Below are positions 24,974-36,900 of a stretch of DNA of 64,000 nt, one piece after another; position 1 is the first letter of the stretch, and the number at the start of each line of letters is the position of its first letter. Origin of the DNA: Mytilus californianus (taxonomy: Eukaryota); assembly GCF_021869535.1 (NCBI RefSeq), contig NW_026262690.1, positions 7,192,001 through 7,256,000 on the forward strand, given 5' to 3'. The notes beneath the pieces are model-generated. The model saw only the letters and a list, made by a program, of their open reading frames with translations. It made no database searches and was not told the origin of the DNA. The translations under genes and the position numbers were made by a program.

Positions 24974-25364
24974 TATGCTATCGCACAAAGAAAGTAAACA
25001 AAATTAAAAAAACAATTATGTTTTCATAGAAGATTAATTTAACAGCAAATAAACAAGTCAACAAAGTCATTAATTACACATGATAATTGATATTAATGTC
25101 AAAAGCTATATCACATCTGCAAATTCTTTTCTATAAAACTGTCAAATATATAATTATATATAAGTGATAAGTATTCGTGGTTTGAACTAGAGCAATGCTT
25201 TGTTTTAACTACCGATGTGAACAGGAAACGACTTATCATACCAACAAATGTAAGGTGGGAAACGTGTATATGAACTAGCCTCAATACATGTGGTACAAAT
25301 GAACTCATGTCATGGATGTACCATTAGCGGTGAGGAATCGAGTGACAAAAATATTCTCCCTTAC

Positions 25365-25443
25365 GAACTCTGACAAATGGAACTCTTCAACGTGTAGCAA
25401 CTTTTCCGCAATGATGCCATTGATTAAAAGAAAGTATATAATA
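25365..25443 (-). promoter_or_regulatory. Putative TATA/Inr promoter and non-coding exon 1 (about 25412-25365) of the peptide gene
   Basis: Minus strand: TATATA at 25440-25435, Inr-like TCATTG at 25414-25409 at about the right spacing, donor GTAAGG at 25364. Confidence 0.55.
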
Positions 25444-25464
25444 ATAATAAAAACAAATTAAAAT

Positions 25465-25715
25465 CAAAACCAAGTTATCAGTCTAGTGTAAAAACAAAGT
25501 TATCAGAATGTAAGACCCAAGTTAACAGAGTGTTAAAACAAAATTAACAGAGCGTAAAACAAAGTTATCAGAGTGTAAGACCCAAGTTAACAGGGTGTTA
25601 AAACAAAGTTATAATTAAGAGTGTAAAAACAAAGTTATCAGAGTGTAAAACCCTAGTTATCAGAGTGTTAAAACCAAGTTATCAGAGTGTAAAAACCAAG
25701 TTAACAGAGTGTGAA
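25465..25715. repeat. ~21-bp VNTR (aaaacaaagttatcagagtgt), about 11 units
   Basis: Directly visible degenerate tandem units. Six carry TTATCA, a GATA site. Confidence 0.85.
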
Positions 25716-26348
25716 AAGTGTTCCATTCACGTGGTTCCAGTTTGAATCTCCGGGCAGGATTATGATAGATGACTAGAAGGACACGTTTTAGTTTTCTTCT
25801 ATCAAGTTAAGTTAGAAGAAGATGAGATAAATATAGGTGTAGTATGAGGGTTAGAGGTTATGACTGAACTGCGGAATAAATACCGAATTTACCATATATT
25901 TATCATGTTCAACCAGATAATTTGATTTTTTTTTTTTTCTTTTCTTTATATTAATTTGTATTGCAAACTGGCTTGACGCACTATAGTGTCTTATAATTTT
26001 GTAGTTGTAATTCTGTATATAAAGTTTTCTCTGGTCCATGTACAACATCATTTCTTTCTGAATTGTTTATGGCGTTGCTTTATGAAACCTACTCTGAAAT
26101 ACTGCCTCCTGTATTACTAGTGGAAAGCGGCAATGCATGATTTAAGTTACGGGCATCTCAGGATTGAAGACGTGATAATAGATGAGTTTAAATTTTATTC
26201 GAATTTACTGACATAATATTTTATTGTTTTTATTGTTAAATCAATTTACAACTTTTTCGGGCTTGTGGTGATTGAGAGCTTGACACATTGCAAAGGCAAA
26301 TGTATACTTTTGAAGTCTGTTTGTTGGCCTCTTTTTTTTTTTATATAT

Positions 26349-26554
26349 GAGGGTGTGGATGGGGTATACAGAAAAGAGAATAATGGGCAAAATGGGCAGA
26401 ATAAAGGGAAAAAAAATAGGCAAAAAAAACCCAATAAATGATAGAGAATAATGGGGATGTGCTAAAATATGAAGAACAAAATTTATAATGAAAAGAGAAA
26501 AATGGTCTAAAAAATTAAGAAATACAGAAATGAAGAACCCCCAACCAGACCCTC
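26349..26554. mobile_element. MITE with GAGGG termini
   Basis: GAGGGTGTGGATGGGGG vs reverse complement GAGGGTCTGGTTGGGGG. Confidence 0.7.
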
Positions 26555-27089
26555 AGATATGTTTAGGTTGTTTTTTGTCGTTTTGGTTGCAGTTTCCTTT
26601 TGTGTATGGTATATAATACCCCCACATCTCCCTATATCCTTATCGTTATCATTATTTATAATGACTAACCTCGAGAATGAATAATATACATTTCTTCTTT
26701 TGTCATTTTTAAACGCCCATGCATTTTTGTCAATGACTTAAACATAATATATATACCACTTAATATTAATTTACGTGTAAAACGTATTTTCTAATTGTTT
26801 ATGAAAAAAGCAGAAACAAAGAAAAGTTCTAGTTGTAAATTTGAGCACGAACACTCAAGCACTCATATAATTAATTTAATAATATTTTAATATTTTATTG
26901 TAGTAAACCATTTAATAGAATTAGACATAAGTTATTGCAACATGCATATATAATACACATATATTATATCAGTAAAACATAAGAAAATGCTTTGGAAAAG
27001 GGAAACCCCAAAAATGATTGAGAACAAAGACAAAACTGGCACAATATGGTGAAGATTCTAAGAAATGTCAATAGATTTCTTATTATGCG

Positions 27090-27180
27090 TTCATGAGGAG
27101 AACGAGATATAAAGGTGATTCATGAGGAGAACGAGATATAAATGTGATTCATGAGGAGAACGAGGTATAAATGTGATTCT
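27090..27180. repeat. 29-bp tandem repeat, 3 copies
   Basis: TTCATGAGGAGAACGAG(A/G)TATAAA(G/T)GTGA repeated. Confidence 0.85.
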
Positions 27181-27764
27181 GATAAAAAAAATATATAGCA
27201 GATATGGTTAAGCTTGTGAGAAAGTTTCGATAAAGTGTAATAAGGGGGTTAATGAGGATCTGGGGGTACAAAAGGGGTATTACCAAATGAAGCAATGACA
27301 AAGTACATGCTTTGGTAAGGGAAAACCTGGAAATCAAAATAGGATGTTCACATTAGAATTATATGGTTAAGATTGAGAGAAAGTTTCAATTAATTGTATA
27401 TATGTTACTTGTTCACTTTACGTAAAATGGATAAGACACAGTAACACATACTTATGAAGTCTTCTACATAATACAATACTAAACTAGTAATCATGTGTTT
27501 GGATGCTAGCATAAAAGCACAGGCATTTATCTCTGAAAAAAATCATATATACCTTAATATAACTACATGGGTCCCTTGTATCATTCAAGACATAAAGGTT
27601 CTACCAGTATCTTTAGAACTAATATACATTCGTAAATACATTTGAAACAGATTATCTCTAAAGAAAAAGAAATTGTCTAAAAAGTATTAAACCTATTTTA
27701 GAAACGTGGATGGTACTTGGGGCATTTCAAATCAAACTCTTTATAAGCTCGATAGTAGACTGAC

Positions 27765-29730
27765 ATGATAGGAACGAAATTGTTTAATCTTATTTTTGAT
27801 ACGGGTATTCTGCCGGAGGCCTGGCTTATTGGAAACATAATACCAGTGTTCAAGAACAAAGGATGTCAATTAGAAGCAAAAAATTATAGGCCTATTACTT
27901 TATTGTCATGCCTCGGTAAGATTTTTACATCTATTCTTAATGATAGATTGGGGGAATTTGTTGATGAACTAAATATCTTGAACGAAAACCAAGCAGGCTT
28001 CCGACAGGGCTACTCTACCAACGATCATATTTTTTCATTATATGCACTCTTCGAGTTGCTATGTGTCAAACGAAAAAAATTACATTGTGTATTCGTTGAC
28101 TTTGAAAAAGCCTTCGACTTTGTTCAAAGAAACTCACTTCTGTATAAGCTTGTTTTAAATAAGATAACTGGTAAATTTCTTAGAATTGTAGAAAATTTGT
28201 ATAAAGATGTTAAATCAAGAGTTGTACATAATAATGAAGCATCTGACATGTTTGTAAGTGATATTGGAGTCCGCCAAGGAGAAAATCTTTCTCCTTTATT
28301 ATTTTCTTTATATTTAAATGATCTTCATGGATTTTTAGAAAATAGCGATTTGAAAGGTATACATTCAATTACTTCTGATATAGAAGATGAACTGGATATT
28401 TATTTTAAGATATTTGTCTTATTGTATGCCGACGATTCGATTTTACTCGCTGAGACAAGCACAGATCTGCAATTACTTTTAAATAGTTTTTCTCAATATT
28501 GTGAAAAGTGGAAACTTAAAATTAATGTTAACAAGACAAAGGTAATGATATTTTCAAAAGGTAGACCACAGAATAATTTGAAGTTTTATATTAATAACGA
28601 AGAGATAGAAATTGTTAAGAAGTATAAATACCTTGGTGTTATATTCTCTAGAAATGCTTCTTTTTTTGCAACTAGAAAATATCTTAAAGATCAAGCTACT
28701 AGAGCTATGTATTGTGTTATTAAGAAGTGTAGATCTAACCATCTATCTATAGAATGCCAGCTCGATACGTTTGATAAAGCTGTTTTACCTATACTTTTAT
28801 ATGGGGCCGAAATCTGGGGATACGAAAATCTTGACATTTTGGAAAGGGTACATTTGAGTTTTTGTAAACATGTTTTACGGTTAAAAAGATCGACTCCAAA
28901 TTTTATGGTTTACGGGGAATTGGGAAGATATCCTATTTCTTTATACGTTAAATTACGGATGATAAAATTTTGGTGTAACCTTCTTGATAACACACTTGAT
29001 AACAAGATTTCGTCAATGTTATATAAGTTGATATATATTAATTTTAATAAGTATGGAATTGAAAACAAATGGTTGTTATGTATCAAAAGTATTTTTGATA
29101 ATTGTGGAATGTCAAACATATGGCAAAATCAAGATTGTATTTCAAAAAAATGGATTGTATTAAGCGTTGAACAAAAGTTAAAAGATCAGTTTAGACAAGA
29201 ATGGCTAGCAAATGTAAATCAATCATCAAAAGGTCTATGTTATAAATTATTCAAAACAGAACTTAAATTTGAAAATTATATTTCAATTTTATCGTTAAAT
29301 AATGCACTGAAACTATGTAAATTTAGATGTGGCAATCACCGTTTGCCAGTGGAGACAGGGAGGTGGCAAAATGTTCAAAGACCCGAGAGACTATGCCACC
29401 TTTGTGAATCTACTGACATCGGCGATGAATTCCATTATGTAATGTCTTGTCCTTTTTTCAAAAAAGAACGATATAAATATTTACCACGCTATTGTTGTAC
29501 AAATGTTAATATTCTTAAATTTAAAAATGTATTCACTACAGTCAATATTGTCTTACTAGAAAAATTGTGTAGATTTATAAACTATATATCAGTGAAAGTC
29601 TGTCCTCCTGGTTAAATTACATTTATTTATGTATATTTCACACATGCAAAATATGTTGTATTTTGTTTATATTTTCATCTCTGTAACTATGTCATTTAGT
29701 TAATGAGAATAAAGATCTATCTAAGATCTA
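27765..29730 (+). mobile_element. 5'-truncated non-LTR retrotransposon (RTE-X/CR1-like). Uninterrupted 616-aa RT ORF at 27765-29615
   Basis: NYRPITLL, QAGFR, FVDFEKAFD, GVRQGENLSP and YADD motifs. C-terminal FRCGNHRLPVETGRW..CHLC..GDEFHYVMSC knuckle. AATAAA followed by an ATCT-type tail. The endonuclease domain is absent. Confidence 0.9.
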
Positions 29731-32706
29731 ACAAAGTACACGACGGAGGTTATCTATAAAAAGGGAAAACATACATGCAGTTTTTCTTGTTCTATAAAAT
29801 GTTGAAAAGAGGCTCATTTGTCTTTGCAGAATTTAGTTTTTAATCGAGTAATTAACATAAATACTATACACGTTAGACCGAGAATATTCTGAAATTTCCA
29901 AAAGTAATTTGGTGCTGGGACCGTAGAATGTTTTATATACACAACTGCGCATGAATAGCTGGTCACTGAATGATCATCTCATTTTACGTATACATGTACA
30001 TGTATAAATATGGTATACATGTACATGTGGCCAGCTAGACACCGTATACATCTCTTCATCTCTTGTAAGTTTTCTAACAAATATATTTACAGTATAGGGG
30101 AAATTGGCAAAATTATCTTTAGCATCGCTCAGCGAGATTTTCACCATTCTTGGCATTTATCCCCCCTTTTTCCCTCGAACCTTGGTTCCACTCCCGCCGC
30201 AACGTTATGTGCCCATGGTAAACGTATATATATATATATACTGAATGTTTGTAGTGTTTCTGTGTTTTACAGTGAGTTTGTCTGGCAATTTATAACAGTA
30301 AAACAAGGCTGAGATTTCTACTATTTCAAACTATAATGATATTCCTCTGCAGCTGTGTTTTTGTTCAATGTACAGTTTTAGCTTCCTTGACATCTAACAC
30401 AGAATTTCGCTCAAATTGGTTCAAAGGACCGTCTTGAACTTGTATTGAGGTGAACATTTTATTTTATTGAGACATATGTATGTGAGTTTGAGATGAATAA
30501 CAGCCGAATAATAGCGCATGTTCTTCAGTAGGTTCTTGGTTTTCTCCTGTGCTTGTAGCCTGTGATTTTGTTTTAGGAATTGATAGACTATATTCTTGTC
30601 TTTTCGGATACTTACTATATGGAATGGAATTTTTTGATGATATTTTCTATCATAGAAAATGACATGTAAATATTTCCAAGCAAAAACCTTTAGTTGTTTT
30701 ATAGTGGGATGTTTTAATTAAATTGTCAGAGACAACTTCTATAAAGGTAACACCTGTTTGAAATACAATTAAAATGAAAAATGTCTATGTAAAACATCAG
30801 GTAAGAGTAATTAAGCTTAAAGGTTCAAACTGTGCAATATGTTATAAAGGTTGTGCATGTCGTTCAAATAAAATATGCATATTGTTAAGAGCTACTACAA
30901 TGTACAACGCGAGAAATTAAATAAAACACGTATTAAATGTATATACGTAGGTGGGTGGAATTAATTCAGAATCAGAACGTATATACATGTACATGTATGT
31001 AGCCATCACAAGTTTTTAAATTCATATATTAAATAAATTAAAAATAATGTTTAAAATTTCATGAACATTTTGCTCTCGTGTACTGTAATCATGGTTATGT
31101 TTTCATCCATGCTTTCTATATATTCAAAAAATTTTGTATGACATGCAGTCTATGTCTTTGCTAGTGCAGTCAATTATAAGCTGAAGGAGTTTGCCATCAT
31201 TTATAATGTTCTCATACATAGATTTGTCCCGCATTGTTTGATCTTATAGCAGTATGATTTTGATCTGATTTGTTCCAGTTCCGCACAATATAGGATAAAA
31301 TGTTCCAGGTCTTCGCTTCTCTGTCCACACAATGGATTTTTTTTTTATCAAACTTGGCTCCCTTTGCTTGAAACAGATACGTTATAGACTATTCTTGCTT
31401 TTATTTATCCTGCCTTAACATCAATTGAGTTGGTTTTTTCACACTTTTCCAAGTATTCTGGGCTTGTTTAAGGCAGGTGGTGTTGTATCTTTTCGGATGA
31501 TGTTTCCATTGTTTCTTGGTGGCATTTTTTTTTTCAGTAACCATTACGAAGAGAAATACTGTAAAAGAAAACCTAACCAACCGACCATTTTTACCAGTTA
31601 CGTTTCGTCGTTACATCATCATGGAATCCCTACCAGTATGTATTCCCAATAGTTTATTTAAAGTTAGAAAATAATGTCGGAGTACGCCAATTCTATATTT
31701 CTCTAATATTCCATAAGTTTTTGGGGCTGGGACATAATATATTGAAATAGTCCCAGCTTGGGGACAGGACAATTTTGTTTGCCCTCCCCCTTTTCCAAAA
31801 TCTGTTTTTTGTTTGTTTGTTTGTTTGTTTCGTTTAATTTTAATTATTCTCGTATTTTTTTCTGTGTAATACTTACACATATTTACCAGAAACAATATTT
31901 GTTTACGATTTACACACTGTATCAATTAACCGTCAGTGACCGTCGCTGTCCAGTCTAGTAAACTAGAAATAGGCATTGATAGCAAATCGTAAAGAAATGT
32001 TGTTTCTAGTATATGTGTGTAATACATAAACACAAAAATGATTGAAATTTGAAGAAAACAAAAAAATATCGGATTTTGGGGGGAAAGGGGAGGGGGGGGC
32101 AAAAAATTCTCCTCACGGCTCCAAGGAATTACATGATTGATAATCTATGTAAATCCTTGCTCTATCAAAATATCAATCATGCAAACTCAAAACCAGTGGT
32201 GATACATGTTACACTTCATTTAGAATGTTCCGAATGAAAACCATGTATGGATTGAGCAGAGTTTCCGGAAATATCTCATACACTTTCCAGTGACGGATTG
32301 ATTTTAGAAAGTTCATTTCCGTAAACAAAAGTAAGTTTTTTTTTCATCTGGTTTATTTGTTTATTCACTTTCGTTTGGTGCGTTTCAGCAGGCAATTTGA
32401 TACTCCGTGTCTTAAAGGTTTTCACACTGAATATCCCTAAAAAGATTTAATTGTTATGTAACATTGAAATAATGGTATCCTGTATCCAGGTGACAGACTG
32501 AAACTGAAACTAAAACATCCTTTCAGATTTTTATTACGATGCAGTCCGGTAAATCCGCACACTTTGATCGTATATATTTCTGCTAAATTTTTTTCAAATT
32601 GTATCATATTTAATATGAATCGATTCACTGGCAAATCTATTTTGAGTAGTTAATCTCATTTCCCCAAAAATATCTGAAATATTTTTTTAAAATCAACAAA
32701 ACAAGT

Positions 32707-32985
32707 GGGGTTCGTGGTCTAGTGGATAGGACAGATGGCTCTAGTGCTGAAGGTCCTGGGTTTGATTCTGACTCAGGGCGCTGGAAAATGGCTACTTTGA
32801 GCTGGAGATCAATCTTCTGATATCTCTCCAGTTTGTCTGTTTCCGCCGAGTGGCCCGGTGGTTCTTTCCGAGTACTTTGGCTTTTACCACCATAATAACA
32901 GACTTCCCGGTGTCCTAGCACTCTCTTTGTGTTGGGGTGGGGATTGTCCTTGTAAAAATTGTCGTAAATACGTTAGTGGCACATC
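32707..32985 (+). mobile_element. tRNA-derived SINE
   Basis: A box TGGTCTAGTGG (32715-32725) and B box GGTTTGATTC (about 32759-32768), followed by a non-tRNA body. Confidence 0.75.
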
Positions 32986-33961
32986 TCCATTAATTCCGAT
33001 AGTAATGCTTCATTTAAGTCCAATTTGAAATATTAAATCATTTTTTTTTTTATGTTCGTCAACAAAAAAATGTATACATTTTCGACGATAAATCCTATGT
33101 GTGATTCAAAGTCCTGAGCAATTTTCTTATTTGGCCGCCCTCAGAAGACCTACAATCACAAAAGGGATTATTCATCTCCTAGAATACGATATAAGGCATA
33201 AGTTTTGCTCCAAATTATGCTTATCTTATTTTGTGCTTTCCAACATTTTGAGCACAATTCTGCTAAAGGTAGTTTAGGCCACCGTACCAGTTTAAGTTTT
33301 ACCATAGTTGTTTCAGCCACATCATTTATAAATGTTCATATATATATGCATTAAGTATTTTGACAGGAAATAAGTTAAAAAAGGAAAATCTTTAACAAAA
33401 ATGAAATCTGTACATATCAGAAAGTGTGTCATATTACATTATCATGTTATCGTCCTGAATATGCATATCAATTTGCTGCTGAACGTTATGCAGCCATTCA
33501 TCATCATCATGTCTGTTTGTAGAAATAATTACATTTCCCTCTCTTTTTAACAAAAAAACCCATGATCATGATGATTTAAACGTTTTTACATACAAAGTAT
33601 GGCCAAAACAACTACGGCTGAAGCAGTACAATGTCGTGTGGAAATTGCACATACATGTACAATTTTTTTTTACCACCAAGCAAGACAGTCAGTACATAAT
33701 CGTACATATAATAAGCTTTTGAATGATATTTTGATAAAATACTATTTAAGGTGGATGCATTAAAGTCATTAACTTAAAGTTCTTTTGAAAAATGTCACTC
33801 TTCTATTAATGTCCCCAATTCCTCATAGAACATCAATTCATTGATACCAGTACTTTAAATTTGTGTAAAACATGTACATGTACATACTAATTACATTTTT
33901 TTACTTCAGATATGGAGCTTGAATCTAGTATAAATCTGCAGATGTGACAACTACAATAAAT

Positions 33962-36900
33962 ATGTCTCCTGGAGTTTCATTTTTCTGTGTAATCATACTC
34001 TGTTATTTTGTGTCAGTTGTCCAAGGTAAGATAATTTTGAGTCAATTGTCCAAGGTAATATCATTTTGTGTCAATTGTCCAAGGTAAGATCATTTTGTGT
34101 CAGTTTTCCAAGGTAAGATAATTTTGTGTCAGTTGTCCAAGGTAAGATCATTTTGTGTCAACTGTCCAAGGTAAGATCATTTTCCTTATTTTAACTCAGC
34201 TGGTCAAACGAACAAAGGGCCAGTATGTCAACTTTTGGTGTCTGCCTATCAAGTATAGTATCAACTGTCTTCCATAGATCATTAACTATTTTTAAATCTT
34301 CACTTTAGGTACACAGTTAGGAGTTTGGTTTCGCATTTTGGCCCCGGTGGATTTTTCAAATATGAAAGTTATTGTGCAATAAAATTCATTTTTAGACAGC
34401 TGAGTACTTATTTAGCCTTCAAAGATGGTTTATAAGAACATAAAGATTATTTTTTACATGTTTTATGGGCTATTTTCTGTTTGACTCTCCGTATTTTCAT
34501 AGCTAGACCGGCCATAGGTCCAGAAATTAATTTAGTGTTTACAAACACTTTTTTTCTACACGAAGTTTTTGACGCAATTTTACAAAAAAATGAGATGAAA
34601 GACATATGATTTTTATTGGATTTCTTGTAAATAGTTTCAGGAAAGGTACTACTCCAAGCAATTGAAATTCTACTTCTGGCCAAATTTTGGGGAAATATAT
34701 GACATCTTTTCCCCCCTATTTGCAATATTTTATAACAAATGAATGCAGATTGTTGCCATGGATACACCAAAAAGAAATTATATTTTACCATTTTAACTAC
34801 TGGATATAAAATCTATGGAAGATTCTGATTACATACATATGCACATATATGACACAAACAGTAAGCTTTATTTGCAAGAAAGCAATGAAAAGGGGATGGT
34901 AAAATTTATGATGGTAAATTTTAATATTTTTTCCTAACTGTTTATTGCTACCTTAATCTCCAAGCAAATTGAGGCCCAGCTGTTGGGGCCAAACTGGCAT
35001 GCATCATCCTTAGGTACCCTCTATTGTAACTAAAAGTGGAAATTGGACAAAAAAAACATGAAGACCAATTTCTTAGCTAAACCGTGGGTCAGATAATATA
35101 AAAGAATATCAATATTTCTTAATAGTCTTGTCTGAAACCTCTTGGCCAAATAAAACCTTCTCTTCTTTCTTGTATAAAGGTATGTCCAATATTACTGTCA
35201 TTAACTCAACATGGCTGCTATTCTTAATATTTGAACTTGGTGATAAAATCAACAACAAAACCAATTTTACAATTCAGCAAGGGACTAATTTCTATAAAAC
35301 TTTGAGGACATGATTCATTTGTGACCCCAACTATTTTCAAACATGGCAAGTAAAAAATATTTGACAAAGTTCAAAAGGTTAATTATGTGAACGATAAATT
35401 GCTGCAGATATGACAGAACTTTCTCAATTTTTGTTGATGAACCCACCAGTCTTCATACGTTACTTTTCAAATAGTTATTCTGAAAAATCATGTGATGGGC
35501 AAATTGCTACCGAACGTTTGTTGAAAGATATATTCATGATCTTCTTTAAGATTAAGTTTATAACTACAAATGTACCTTCAAACATTGCTGCCACCATTTC
35601 TATATAAGAAGTATAATAAAAATATGTGATAAGTCATGTGAAGGTCAATTGCTATTTAAATATTATAATAAGGTACATTCACAATTTGTTGTTGTTAACC
35701 TCATCTGCCTTCAACTATATATATTACTAAAAATAGCATGTTAGTCCTCACCACAATTCAGTCAAGCTAAGTAGGTATTAAGAAGGCGTTAATTAATATT
35801 TACAAAAAAAAAAAAAAATATAATTTGAAAATCATGCAAAAGATCAGTTGCTAGCAAACTTTGGTTTAATAAAACATTGTTTATCCATCTAATAGAGTTT
35901 GGTTGATGTTCCTATCTTGTTCACATGTTCTTGTCCTGATATGTATGTTATATTTATCATCTGTCCTTATTTTACAGGTGAAATAGTTCTGTTTCGTCAT
36001 GTCCTTATTTTACAGGTGTAATATGTCTGTTTAATCATCTGTCCTTATATTACAGGTGTAATATGTCTGTTTTATCATCTGTCCTTAATGTACAGGTGTA
36101 ATATGTCTGTTTTATCATCTGTATTTATTTTGCAGGTGTAATATGTCTGTTTTATCATCTGTCCTTATTTTGCAGGTGTAATATGTCTGTTTTATCATCT
36201 TTCCTTATTTGACAGGTGAAATATGTCCGTTTTATCATCTTTCCTTAATGTACAGGTGTAATATGCCTGTTATAACGTCTGTCCTTATTTTACAGGTGTA
36301 ATATGTCTGTTTTATCATCTTTCCTTATATTACAGGTGTAATATGTCTGTTTTATTATCTGTCTTTAATGTACCGATGTAATATGTCTGTTTCATCATCT
36401 GTCCTAATTTGCATGTGTAATATGTCTTTTTCATCATCTGTCCTAATTTGCAGGTGTAATATGTCTGTTTTATCATCTGTCCTTATTTTACAGGTGAAAT
36501 ATATCTGTTTTATCATCTGTCCTTATTTCACAGGTAAAATATGTCTGTTTTATCATCTGTCCTTATTTCACAGGTGTAAACTGTCTGTTTCATCATCTGT
36601 CCTAATTTGCAGGTGAAATATGTCTGTTTCGTCATCTGTCCTAATTTGCAGGTGTAATATGTCTGTTTTATCATCTGCCCTTAATGTACAGGTGTAATAT
36701 GTCTGTTATATCATCTGTCCTTATTTTACAGGTACAATATGTCTGTTTTGTCATCTGCCCTTATTTTACAGGTGTACTATGTCTGTGTATGTATATATCA
36801 TCTGTCCTTAAAGTATATGTGTAGTATGTCCGTGTCATCATCTGTTCTTATTTTACAGGTGTAATATGTCTGTTTTATCATCTGAAATCCGATTGTGATT

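Noticed and set aside
24971-25027. Alternative signal exon ATG AAA ACA...ATG|GTAAGT for the peptide gene
   Set aside because: Two in-frame stops and the wrong phase. The T-rich stretch is better read as the polypyrimidine tract of the 24978 acceptor.
32707-32780. tRNA gene
   Set aside because: A and B boxes are present but the cloverleaf is degraded and runs into a SINE body.
35950-36885. CRISPR-like appearance of regular repeats (also at 44374-44855, 11298-11850 and 34006-34183)
   Set aside because: Units are head-to-tail with no unique spacers, the context is eukaryotic, and there are no cas genes.
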